A stretch of 64,000 nucleotides of DNA. Source: Hydrolagus colliei. Lineage: Eukaryota. Where the stretch lies: assembly GCA_035084275.1 (NCBI GenBank), contig CM068742.1:100812001-100876000 (forward strand), written 5' to 3'. The notes beneath the pieces were generated by a model. That model did not search any database, was not told the origin of the DNA, and saw only the letters and a list, made by a program, of their open reading frames with translations. The position numbers were made by a program, and so were the translations under genes. Positions 25,400-38,055 of the stretch are shown one piece after another. Position 1 is the first letter of the stretch, and the number at the start of each line of letters is the position of its first letter.

Positions 25400-25894
25400 G
25401 TTTGCATGCAGATTAATTTGGGCATTAGCATGCTGTTTCTGCAAGGGGATTAATTTTCTGAGGTGGAATTATAAGGTCGCCAAATGTTCTGAGCACGTTA
25501 TGGTGTTTTCACATGCGTGGGTCTGAGAGTGGCCAGCCAGGACATGTGCCAGGGAAATCAAAGCTTCAGCCTTTGTTCTTCATCAGGCACTGGATTAAAG
25601 ACTCAACCCAGATTCATTTTTTGGGGGGAGTGGGGGCGGAATAAATGTCTGCAGATCTTGTAATTCACCTAATCCTGCTGCACATACCAGGTACCTAATG
25701 GGCCCAGACCCAATGGCTTAAGGTTTTTTTTAACTGGTTTTGCTGGAATGAGTTTAGTGTTCAGTGGGCAGTCCTGTCCTGTCAGGAGTACAGGCAGAGC
25801 AGAGTGAGAGGCAGCACAGTGCTATGTGAAGGCTACTGAGACTGAAAGTACACGGCACCAGAACGCTCCGTTTTACAATGAAGACCTTCCTCAG
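25400..25894 (+). promoter_or_regulatory. Candidate alternative TRPM3 promoter and non-coding first exon
   Basis: Repeat-free; GGATTA at 25447 and 25592, TAATCC at 25670, E-boxes at 25510 and 25543, GC box near 25633 followed by ATAAAT, donor CAG|gtatca at 25894. Motif evidence only. Confidence 0.35.
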
Positions 25895-26404
25895 GTATCA
25901 GTATGTCTTTGATATTTAATTTCTCTATTTAACCGAGTAGCTATTCTTTCTGCCTATGAATATATGAAATGCAACAATTGCTGGAGTGCACAGTTTAGCA
26001 TTGACCAACTTATATAATAGATAACTTTATCTCTTGTTGCAAAACATACTCTAAAGTCAGTCAATAGCCAGGAGGGCAAAAGTGCAAAAAACCTTTTTCA
26101 CTCCTTTGTAATTGAAACTGATCATTTTTTCTTAAACATACAGAGCAATTGCTGTACGTTTGCCTCAATAGAATGTTTGTTTCCAGGGAGATTTGTCTGC
26201 TATTTTTAATAGCTTTACCTAATTGATTCTTGTAGCAATTTATTTCTCACGTCCTGAGGATTTGTATTGTGTGTACACAGACAAGCATTCATGTAGAACA
26301 ATTTTAACACGAAAAGCTATGCAACTCTGGTAAGTGGCTAATTATTATAAGCTTGGTTAATTCCTAGCCGAATGCTTTCCAACTTTGCTCACAAGTGAAG
26401 GAAG

Positions 26405-26677
26405 GTAATAATAAAAATCCTTGCATTTCATATAGCGCTTTTCACATCTGCTAGACATCTCAAAACGCTTCACAGAAAATACTGTAAAGTGAATTGACTA
26501 TATTTGTGAGCGAAACGCAGCAGCCAATTGCATACATCAGTGTCCCATCAGTGTTTTTTTGAGGGATTCTATTAGGCGTGTGGAATAAGGAAACTTGCCC
26601 CAGGTTTCGCCCTGCCAGAAATTGAGCCCAGGTCTCTCGCTTGTAAGGCAAGTGCTCTAACCACTGAGCTACAGGTA
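26405..26677 (-). mobile_element. Same tRNA-SINE family
   Basis: Reverse complement of the head (ctaaccactgagctacagg) and of the tail. Confidence 0.85.
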
Positions 26678-27154
26678 ACTGTTGTATTTGAAAGAATACA
26701 GAGATCTTCTGCCTGATGTTTAATTGTTCAACCTCCCACATACACACACACGCAAACAATGCCTCAGTTGAAAACAGTAGAATTGTATCTGAAGAAAATC
26801 TTCATTTAAAGGACATGAATAGAGCTGTTTAGTTTACCTGCGCTCTGCCAGACATTCCATGTTTGTGGCAGATTAAACCTGTATCAGAATTCATGCAAGC
26901 TGATAACCTGAATTGGCAGAAGAAATAACCCCCATTCTGTGGCTTCCCGCAGAAATGCACAGAGGATTTCCCATATCCAATAAACTGCGCCTGCATTTCA
27001 GAAAGATGTATTTAAATGAATTAAACCTTGTGATTGAAACAAAATCGTAAAGTTGTTGGATCACAATTCTCACAATTCTGTGTATTGTGTTCTGCCTGAA
27101 TAAAAAGCTCTATTACCTCATCTTATTTCTCGGCTGTTGTATTCAAACAACTTT

Positions 27155-27447
27155 TAATAATAATAATCATTGCATTTGAGATAGTGCTTTTCATGTCTTC
27201 TAGATGTCTCAAAGCAATTCACAAAATATACTGTAAAGTAAATTGACTGTACATTTGTGGGCGAAAAATGCAGTGTCCCACAAACAGTCGTGGATAGAAG
27301 TGACCAATTTTATTATTGTTCTTTTTCTGGAGGGATTATTATAAGGCGTGTAGAGTAAGGAAACTTGCCCAAGGTTTCACACTAGCCTGGAATCGAACCC
27401 AGGTCTCCCGCTTGTAAGGTGAGAATTAATTGAGCTACAGTATTCCA
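27155..27447 (-). mobile_element. Same tRNA-SINE family
   Basis: Tail taataataatcattgcatttga, Deu-like body, ggaatcgaacccaggtctc. Confidence 0.85.
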
Positions 27448-28220
27448 TTTTATTCTGTTTTACTGACCACAAAGGTGATTATCTCAACCTGGTCACATGT
27501 AGAATTGGGACAATTTGGATGTTGTTACTAGTCTCTTGACATTTAAAAAAAAACTAAAGCTTCACAGAATTCAATGCATTGAATTACAAAAGGTTTAAGG
27601 TGTCACACCATAATATACAAAATACCGTCCCACAAAATCATTTTGTATTTGTGGGACGGTCAATTCATTTTACACTATATTCTGTGAAGTCTCAACCACG
27701 TGATAAGATGCTATTTGATAAGATCAAATACCAGGATTGTTATTATAAAAACATGTGTGTGGCTTGTGGGACCATGAAAGTAACAGCCATATGGTAAAGC
27801 ATGTTTCAGCTCCGTCTTGGGTCATGGATTTCCATTGAGGGATCCAGGTTTTACAGTACATATCTCAAAGAGATTAGTCATTTGGAAACTCACAATGCCA
27901 CCTCGTTTAATCTTCACGCCTATTTTCTCCAGAATGCATGATCAACACATTAGAATTAAAATATATATTTATAAAAAGTTACAGTTTTTCTTTGGCTATG
28001 TTTTAGTCGGGGGTGATCATTTGGAAAAACTGACAATTTTCATTTGCAGATCCTTCTTGTGGTTTCCTTCACATGTGTTAGCAGCAAGACTTCAAGCGAG
28101 AGATATCCATAGTGCTGTGAGGATGCTATAAAACTGAAATTATTGTTGGGTGGGGGTGTGGGGCAAGGGGGCAGGGAAAGAGTGGGTTTTTTCAACTGAT
28201 ATATACTGTACATATATATT

Positions 28221-28535
28221 GGAGTTCCTGTAGCTCAGTGGTTAGAGCACTCGCCTTGCAAGCGTGAGACCTGTGTGTTCGAATCCAGGCAGATCAGGGC
28301 GGAACCTTGGGCAAGTTTCCTTACTCCACATGCCTAATAATAATCCGTCCAAAAAAACTCACAATAATAAAATTGGTCATTTCAATCCAAGGACTCTGCT
28401 GTGCACAATTGGATGCTGAGTTCCACAAATATACAGTCAATTCACTTTACAGTATATTCTGTGAAGTGCTTTGAGATGTCGATAAGATGTGAAAAGCGCT
28501 ATATCAAAATGCAACTATCGATATCATTATTATAT
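28221..28535 (+). mobile_element. Same tRNA-SINE family, full length
   Basis: ggagttcctgtagctcagtggttagagcactcgccttgcaagcg...gttcgaatcc...aaaagcgctatatcaaa. Confidence 0.88.
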
Positions 28536-31500
28536 TTATTTTGATCACATGCCTATAGAATGAAATGACATCTCTTTCCTCTACAAACTTCTCTACACTG
28601 AGATAATGTGGTAAGTATAGATGCTACTGTAGGCTAGTCTGAGTCACATTCTATGATATTCATGATGACATGGAGCACTCTTACAGTGGGTCTGGCAGCA
28701 CTACTGAAACCTGATCTTCATGTGAAGAATAGAAAGGGTATTTTTTTTTGCATCAGTAGCATTTCTTTTTATTCAATACTTCTTACAATGCTTCTCTGTT
28801 GTATAACTAAGCAAATCAAATGCAGCCAAGCCCTTACTTTTAAAGTCTTCCTGTGAGAATATTCTGGTGGGAATATTCTTATGGAAACTCCTTAAAGGTT
28901 GATCAGTTTCATTAGGAATTTTGTGGGATCCTTAGATGAAATGTTGGGAACAAAATTGTGAAGTTTTCTATATTCCATTATTTCCTGAGGTTGGCACAGA
29001 CGGTCACAGTCCAGCGCCTTGGGACATCTCCCCGATGTGAAAGGCGCTCTATAAGTATAATTTTTTTGTTGTTTTGTTATGTAACTCACTGTACTGTATT
29101 CCCGTTTTGTAGAACACACCATCAGAGAACCTATTAGTTACAGAAAGGCCACATGTAGTTTCCATTTTTGCTTGCGTACCAGGTGAATCTATACATTATC
29201 TCTAGGCTATCTATTTGTAACCTATTCAGAACAGTGTTCTTAGATTTGCCTCCAAATCTCCAAATATACAAAGTTCTGTGTGTCATAATAATGTTATACA
29301 GTCATCGTGCATGGTAGTGTATTATAACAATTCAGAATGTATGCAAATCTCAACCCATTGAATAAGTTTAGAAAATGTTCACGATACAGCGAGTGTTGGG
29401 GTACATAAAATAAATGAAATAGTTTCTCAATATATTAATCTCACATTTTTATGCACAAGACTCTTTTGAACAACAACAAAATAACAACAAAATTACATTT
29501 ATGGAGCAGCTTTCACGTGGGGAGGACATCCCAAGGCGCTGAAAGCTTTATCAACAACAACAACAAATTGCACTTATATAGTGCCGTAGCATGTAAAAGC
29601 AAGCACGATAAGACTGGGAGTTAGATGTACCATTTGTGTGCCACTAAATTAAGCTTTAAAGCGGGTTCATTCTCTGACAACTTTGTGAACACATCCAAAA
29701 GATCAGTCTTGGTTAGGCCTATTGAATGACACTGTTTGCATTTCTTCACAAAGAATGGTTGAATAGATCCTTCTGCATTGACATTGACTTCTAAAGATCA
29801 AATGATTTTTGTCTTATTCCTTTGCACATTCTTAAACTAATCTCAAATTCTGAAAGTTTTCTTCACGCAATCACAATTCCTGAAAGATTAAAGGGAAATG
29901 TCTGATAAAATGGGGTCGTTTTTTTTACATTACAATCAACCTAATTAAGTCAAAAAACAACATTGCCACAATCTGCAGTAACTGGTGAGGTAGCCGGAGA
30001 CTAAACTGTGAGAACTGGTAGGAATTATCAAACTAATTAATAAGAGTTCAACAAAGGAAAATCCAAATGAAATGTCAGCTGGAGTTGAACCCTTTAGCAC
30101 ACCGGGCAGAACATGTCAGTCCTTCCATGTGCACATTCAGCTTTGACAAGTGATTTCATACTCCAGCTTTAATGGAGTTAATGATGGCTTAATGGTACTC
30201 TGTGGAATGGGCTGAGTAAGGAATTGGTGTCAGTCCACAATCAGCCTCTCAAAGAGTCATTAGTGCTCCTTCGATGCATGGAAACCAAGGTAGAAAGGAT
30301 CGCCTTTGACTGGTGGTAGGGGCTGTTTGCTTTTGTGAACTTTACCCAGAGAATATTTTTTTCCTTTTGTTATAGAGGAATTTAAGCTCCCCTCCCCACT
30401 TTTTTTCTCTTTAATGGAATTGTCTCTCTGTTCCTCCATCAGCACTCTCCCAGCAGCATCGAACTCTGCCGAGAGGATGGTTGGGTGACCTGCTACCATC
30501 CCCATGCCGATGACACTCTGATGCTGCCTTGCCAACACTATCTCATAGTAAATGTAGCTCAGATCAATAACTCAGTACATGATAATGAGAGCCAAAGGAT
30601 ACTCAATGCACTCTGTACTTCCCACATCAAAGAGGCTTTACAAATGTAATTTTGTTGTTGCACCACCTCATTGAGTCAGCTTGGCAGAAAGAGAGGCTGT
30701 TTACCAGAGAGCAGGAATAGCTCAGCATAAGCCGAGTGGGAAGAATACCTGCTCCCATTGCTTGTTCTGCCCCTCCTAGTCTTGGTAATGAGCCAAGCTG
30801 GCTGGTGTGTCATCAGCAGAGCCTTGTACTATGGACCTACCTGGCTCGGGAACCAGACAGCCAAGACCTTCACAGATTATTGACTCGATTCCAATTTTCT
30901 GTTGCCAAGCATGTCAACTTAGAGCCAGTTCACCTTCAAAGAGACACGTTTACCCTCTCCAGCACCCCACCCACCTTCCTGCACCCCACCACTGAGGATA
31001 ACTTCTTAATGTATCCAGACTCACCCATTTTTCTACTGTTTCAGCTCCTAGGTCTGATAAAATAATAGTATCTGGTCCCGCTGATAATAGAGTTTTCGTG
31101 ACAATTTCACTCATCAAGAACTCTTACATTAAGACATTAAACCAAGGTCCCACCTGCCTATTCGGGTCTTTGCTAAAGATCCTCTGGCACTGTTCAAAAA
31201 CATTTTTCTTCTCCCAGTGTTCTGGCTCACAAATCCCCAAATGAAATTGGTCACTCACTACATGGCTGTTTTGTTTGTAAGACATTGTGCATAAGTGGCT
31301 GCTGCATTTCATCCATAAAATACATAGCCAATCTGCTTTACAGCACATTCTGAGAAGCTCTTTGAGACATCTTGACGACATGATAAAGCACTATATCAAA
31401 TGCAAGCATTATTTATAATAGATTTGCATTACATACCAGTGACAGGAGAATGTAGGTGGGAATTTAACTGTTTTCTGATTGGGAATTCCTCCTGACAAGA

Positions 31501-32439
31501 AAGGAGCTATATAAATGTAATTTTAATTTTCTTGTTGATTCAGAATTAGAAGTGTTCCCTGGAATAATAAAGCCTGATTGAATATCTGCAGTCAGAACCT
31601 GTATTAGTGTATTCCTAGCCTGTATTCATATTTATATTCTGAGGTATAATGAAAATCTTGTATAAATAAGCCTTGAGATGTGCCTTGAAGGAGGCAAGGC
31701 GATGGGACTGTGGGATGGAGTTCCAAAGGGTGGGGTTAGAGATTCTGAAGGCTCAACCGCCAATGGTTGGGTGGGTTGGTGATGGTACGTGGAGTTGGCC
31801 AGAGCCTGCTAGGTGAAGGAGCGGACAGGTTGATTTGATGATAGCAGGTTACAGAAGTAGCAAAGATCAAGGCAGTGGAGAGCTTTGAAGGCTCGGATGT
31901 AGATTTTGAACGCTATTCTCTGAGGGATGGGGAGACAAGCGAGGGTAGCTCCACATCTCTAAAGTGGATTGACTGTATTTTGTGCGCAAAATATGGCAAC
32001 CAGCTATGCAGGTCAATGTCCCACAAACTGCCATGGAGTGAATCACCAATTTTATTTGAGAGATTATTGGTCAGGACTCCAAGAGATACTCCAATTTCTT
32101 TTCAAATAGTGCCATCGGATTTTTAACGTCCACCTGAACAGGGAGAAGGGACTTCACCACGTGTCCTTACTTGGTTAGCCAAGAAGCTTCCTGGGAAACA
32201 AGTGATCATTACTTGAGATAATGACATCGTCTTTTCTAATTATGCTAATTTGGATGCAAAAGGAGAAGATTCCAGCAATAGTTTGGGGAAACTATCACTC
32301 CCATCTCTCGGCCTTGTGAGAACACATCTCCCAATGTATTACAGTGATCATTTATCAAATGTTTGAACTCCCATGTTATTTTTTTGAATGGCAATTTGAC
32401 AGTAGCTTTTCTGTAATGCTTAAGTATACAAATAATTAT

Positions 32440-35400
32440 ACTACAAACTGGTACTCTGTACTGAGTGTGGATGAGAGTGTTGATATCTCAGGGGAGAGCA
32501 ATGCACAGCCTGTGGATACACAGGGGGCCATGCGGGGAAAAAATGTTCAAAGATAATTGTCATGGTTGATACAACTGTCCAAGGTATAAACAGGCATTTC
32601 TGTGACCGAAAACATGAATCTTGGATGGTATGTTGCCTCCCTGGTGCAAGGGTTGAAGATGTCACCGAACAGGTACATAAAATTCTAGAGGGGGAAGGGG
32701 AACATCCATGTAGGGACCCATGATATTGGGAGGAAGAGGCCTGAGATGCTCCAGGGAGAATATCAGAAGCTGGGGAAAATGCTGAAAACTGGAACTTCGA
32801 AGGTAGTGATCTCTGGATTACTCCCGGTGCTTCGAGCAAGTAAATTTCTAAACAGTAGGATGAGGCACATGAATGCTTGACTGGAGAAGTGGTGTAGAAA
32901 GGAGGGCTTCAGGTTCCTGGATCATTGGGATTAGTTCTGGGGCAGGTGGAACCTGTACACGATGGATGGGTTACACCTGAACAAGGCTGAGACCAATGTC
33001 CTTGCAGGGAGATTATCTAACGCTGTAGGGGGGGCGTTTCAACTAATTTTGAGGGGGGATGGGAATGCATACAGTAGTTCAGCTAGAGGAGGGGTAAGAT
33101 AGGGGACAAGGGGAGGGGTAGAACAGGAGAAAAGTATAGAACAAGCCAATTCTGTCTTGAAGTACATATATGTAAATGCACACAGTTTGACAAACAAAAT
33201 TGGTGAGCTGCAGGCTTAAATTGCTGCAAGGGGATATGATGTGGTAGCACTAACAGAGACCTGGCTCAAGGAAGGGCAAGAATGGGAACTGAACATTCCT
33301 GGCTATAATGTATTCAGGAGCGGTAGAGAAGGGAGAAAAGGAGTGGGGGTGGCAATATTAATTGAGGACTCGGTTACAGCCTTAAAAAGAATCGAGATGG
33401 AAGAAGGCCTGAAAACCGAATCTATTTGGTTGGAGTTGAGGAACAAAAAAGGAGCAGTTACACTGTTAGGGGTATACAGACCACCAAATAGCGGGAAAGG
33501 AGATAGACAAGCGGACCTGCAAGCAGATTTCAGAAAGATGCAGAGCTAATAGAGTAATGATGTTGGATAATTATCCCAATATCAACTGGCAGAACAGTAG
33601 TGTAAAGGGCAAGGAGGGAGAAGAATTCCTGACATATGTACAGGACAAATTTCTCGATCAATATTTCCAGTACAACAAGGAAGGAAGCAGTTCTGGATCT
33701 AGTTTTGGTGAATGAGGTGGGACAAGTAGAGCAGGTTTCTGTAGGTGAGCACCTAGGGAATAGTGTTCACAATATCATTAGGTTCAGTGTAATTATGGAA
33801 AAGGTGAAGACACTCAACTGGAAGAAGGCTAATTTCAGTGAGCTAAAGCGGGACCTAGCCAAGGTGACTGGAAAGAAAGATTGGCACGTAAAACGGTTAA
33901 CAAGCAGTGGGCAGTCTTCAAGGAAGAGATAATTCGGGCACAGGTTAGAAACATTCCAACAAAAGTAAAATGTAAGGCATCCAAACCTCCCTGGATGACT
34001 AGGGCAATTGGGCTGAAAATAAAGCCAAAAAAGGAGGCTTATGATAAGTGTCAGGCCCAGAATACAGAATTCAACCAATCAGAATATAGGAAGTGCAGGA
34101 GAAAACTAAAAAAGGAAGTTAGAGGGGCAAAAAGAATGCAGGAGAAACAATTAGCAGGTAACATTAAAGGGAATCCTAAGGAATTTTACAAACATATTAA
34201 GGGTAAAAGATTGGTCACGGGTAGGGTGGGGCCAATAAGGGACAAAGGAGGAAATCCTATTGTGGAGGCAGAGAGCATGGCGGATGTACTGAATGAGTAC
34301 TTTGCCTCTGTCTTCACAAGAGAAGAAGATGCAGCCAATATCACAGTATTGGAGGAAAGTGTAGTAGAAATGGATAAGATAAGCATAACCAGAGAGAAAG
34401 TACTAAAAAGGTTGACGGCGCTCAAGGTAGATAAGTCACCCGATCCGAATGGAATGCATCCTAGGTTACTAAGGGAAGTATGGGAGCAAATAGCAGAGAC
34501 TCTGGCCACAATCTTTCAATCTTCCTTGGACACAGGGGTGGTACCAGAGGACTGGAGGGTTGCTAATGTTACTCCCCTGTACAAAAAGGGGCAGAAGGAC
34601 AAACCTGGGAACTACAGGCCAGTCAGTCTAACGCCAGTAGTGGGCAAACTTCCAGAGTCTATAATCAGGGACAAGATAGATCTCCACTTAGAAAAATATA
34701 GGCTGATAAAGGACAGCAAGCGTGGATTTGTTAAAGGCAAATCTTGCCATCAATGATGTAACAGAATGGATGGACGAGGGCAGCACAGTTGATGTAGTTT
34801 ATATGGACTTTCAAAAGGCATTTGACAAACTGCCGCATGAGAGGCTTATTAGGAAAATAAAGGCCTATGGCCTTGACACGATGCCTTGATACTTTGCCCA
34901 TAAACTTTGGAAGTCAGTCTCCTACAATTCAAAAAAAAAACTACCACACTAAGACAGAATTTAAGTATTTTCCATAATTCTGAAAAAATTTTAGTTGGCA
35001 AATTTAAGTTAGGACAAATTCATCTATCAGACAGACACAAGGCGAAATGTAAGGTGTTGGGTGTTCCAGAATGCTTTAGTTTCCTGCTATTGTGTTGAAG
35101 CACCTGGATCACAAGACAATAGTAACCTGTTATACAGAGAGTAGAGGGTCAGGTAAGAAATCCTTATTTTGTGTATTGCTTTGCTTGCTTATTAGAGTAC
35201 CGAAATGCATCATTAATTACACTGCACGACAATAAGAATTGAACTAGGTCATTCTGAAGCAATTTACTGCGTATCTAAATATTTGTTAATATTGGAGAAA
35301 TAATGTTTTCTCTCACCTAAGCACTTTGTTGTCTTGCTCGCTAACTCAATGCATTGCCTGAAAAGGTGGTGGAGGCAGATTCCATAACAGCTTTTTAAAA

Positions 35401-35553
35401 GGGAACTAGATCTTTATTTAGGAAGAGCAGGTCTATTAGGTTATGGGGAGAAAGCTGGGCAGTGGGATTGAGTTGCTCTGTTCAAAGAGCCGGCACAGAC
35501 TAGATGGGCCGAATGGCCTCCTTTTGTGCCGTATAATTCTATGATTCTATGAA
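32440..35553 (+). mobile_element. Decayed chimeric CR1 LINE: partial ORF1, EN and first half of RT (to about 34871), ~475 bp non-CR1 insert, then CR1 3' end (35348-35553)
   Basis: ORF1-like MVCCLPGARVEDV and DGLHL; ORFs 33241, 33636 and 33881 are highly similar to the 5.8-8.9 kb copy; ends attctatgattctatg. Confidence 0.9.
34872..35553 (+). repeat. Left arm of a ~685-bp inverted duplication (partner 50085-50771)
   Basis: Reverse complement of 50085-50771 along its length; ORF 34907..35098(+) and ORF 50540..50749(-) translate almost identically. Confidence 0.95.
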
Positions 35554-37209
35554 ATTAAGTATAATTTGATCCTTCACATGGTCTTAATTGGGGGGGAAAT
35601 ATACATACTGTCAGAGGGAATTAGTTTCTTTCTTACAAGATTAGCCATCATACCTTTGAACGCTTGCCAGATTTTATAAATATGTTACATTATATGTTAA
35701 ATCCCAGGGATGTTTTTTGGGGGGAGAAGGAGCTAATTCTTACATTGATGCAGATATATATTCAGGGCTAAATTTGTTGGAAATCTTGGATCTTATGGTG
35801 CCTTTTGATGTCTGCTCCATTTTATCAAGGAAAACTATCTGGGAAACTGTGGTTAAATCGTGTTTTGAGAGAGAAGCACTTAAGCTTTTGCTTAAGACAT
35901 ACAAGTACACATAAGGGTACTAACATTACCAGATGGTTCCTGAGGCTTTTCTTTTATTCTCGTCTTGGCTTTTTCTGTATATTTAGTGGAAATTTTAGAT
36001 GCAGCATTGATGCTCAAGCATCTTAATGAATACTCTGCATAAAGCTATCCTTACCTGTTCAGCTGGTAGGACTTTGGATTACAAGGAACAGTGCTTAATT
36101 CTGCTGAAAGGGCTTCTTGGCAAAGCTGGCAAAATTGGCCGTTCAATTCATGACTGTTTACGGGAGGTTTCTCTCCCCAAATTGGCTGCCACACTCTACA
36201 ATACACAGGCAACACACTTTACAGAAAATCCTGTTTGGAAATATTTCAATGAAATATTTTTTTAAAATGTTGTCCTAACCTTCAACTGATAATGATGGTT
36301 GTGGAGATGATGGAAGGGGAGGCGGGGGGTGGGGTGGAGGGGAATGGGGGGAGAAAGGAGCGTGTAATGCCAGCGCCCTTGAGTGGTTTTCTTGATTCTG
36401 ACATATTCATTGCAGGCGTTTGTGGAATACATGCAATTGGTGGCTGCCAATTATCCAAGACATCAAAGTCAGCAGCACAGCACCAATTGTTGATTGATAC
36501 ATCTCAACAGTAGTTCCAAAAACCCAATTGAGGTCACCACTTGTTTTCGTTTAAATCCTATTTTAATTTTATTTTCAGAAAGCAAAGGGTCTGGAATTAG
36601 AGTATCATAAAATGAAGACGGCAACGGGACTAAAGAAAACTTGATTTAATTAAGGATCAGTTGGCTGGCTGTTCATTATTTTCTATCGGAATAACCTTTC
36701 CTTCTAAAGATCCTGTGATTTTGTTTCCCAATGACAACAACAGGAAAGAAAGGCAACAGATGGACTACAAAGTTCCCAGTTTGCAATGAATTGCTGAAGT
36801 CTTACTTACTCCTGAAGGGCTGTGCAAATTATAAGACGTGGGAAAGTTATTAAAAATACTGAAAAGTCAACTTTTTACAGAGTGCACATTACCAAGACAA
36901 TAGACTGAAGAACACTATGTTTCATAACAAATTTGATAATGATCAAATGAGTTATTGAAGCATCATGTTTTCAGCCTGTTGTTTTTATCAGAGGGTGAAG
37001 AGGTTAGTTTCTTAGTGACTTGTGTTCAGTTTGTTCACTCAGTCCAAGGTCTATGTGAGATTAGTGTGTTCAGAAATGGTCATCAGGTGATAGATGCATA
37101 TTGACCATGCTTTTGGTGAGTGCCATCCTAACCTTAAAACTGTATTTGGAATTTCTTGAAAGTATATAACAGAGGGATGTGCAGCAAATAGAAGGGGTAG
37201 GTATTAAAC

Positions 37210-38055
37210 AAGAAATGGTGCTATAGAAATTGATGGAACTTAAACAGTGCAAGATACCAGGGCCTGATGAATTGCTTCAGAGAATATTGAGAGAAGTCAG
37301 GGAGGGAATAATAGATGCTCTGACTGCAATCTTTTAAACATTTTTGGATACAAAAGTTGTGCCACTAAACTGACCTATGTTTAAAAAGAGAGGGACCAGA
37401 TGAATAATTATAGACCTCTCAGATGAACACCAATACTGGGCAAACTTTCAGAGACTTGGAAAGGCATGGATTGATTTGGACACAGATTTGTTAAAGGTAC
37501 GTATTGCTTAACAAATCTAATAGTTCTTTGCCAAAACTAGAGAATAGATAACGGTAATGCTGTGGATGCAGTATATATGAATTTTCAGAACCATGTGATA
37601 AGGCTTGAGATGCATCGTATTAATTGGGACATCTTCCCATCATGAAAAGCACTGTCCAATTGTAATTTTGTATTGTGTTTTGTATTAATGGGAGGAAGCA
37701 GCATGGATTAAAGTTAGTGAAAGGAGATGGAGGGTGGAAAGAAAGGGTGGTTATTTACTGTGGGGTTAGTGGTGTCCCCTGGGGGTAAGAGTTAGGAGTA
37801 CAGTTTTTCGCCATTTTTATAATTGATCTGGATTCCAAAACATAGTAGTCATAAATGTATTGCCCTGAAGGGAGTGGTGGTTGAGGCAGAATCCATATTA
37901 ACTTTCAAGAGGAAACAAAATAAATATTTAAAAAGGAGTCAGCTATAGTGGGATGCAGAAAGGGCAAATAAATGGGCCTAAATGTATTTCTCTTAATGGA
38001 GCTATCCAAAGCACGATGGCTGAATGGCCTTCTATGCTGTAAACTTCCATGATGC
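37210..38055 (+). mobile_element. Heavily degraded CR1 RT and 3' end remnants
   Basis: Residual similarity to CR1 RT (ccagggcctgatg, gatttgttaaagg, ggatgcagtatatatgaattttcagaa) and the 3' end gctgaatggcct. Confidence 0.65.

Noticed and set aside
28221-28290. tRNA genes at the SINE heads (also 5336, 26600-26677, 52970-53042)
   Set aside because: They have A/B boxes but no acceptor-stem pairing, copies are divergent, and each continues into the same SINE body and tail.
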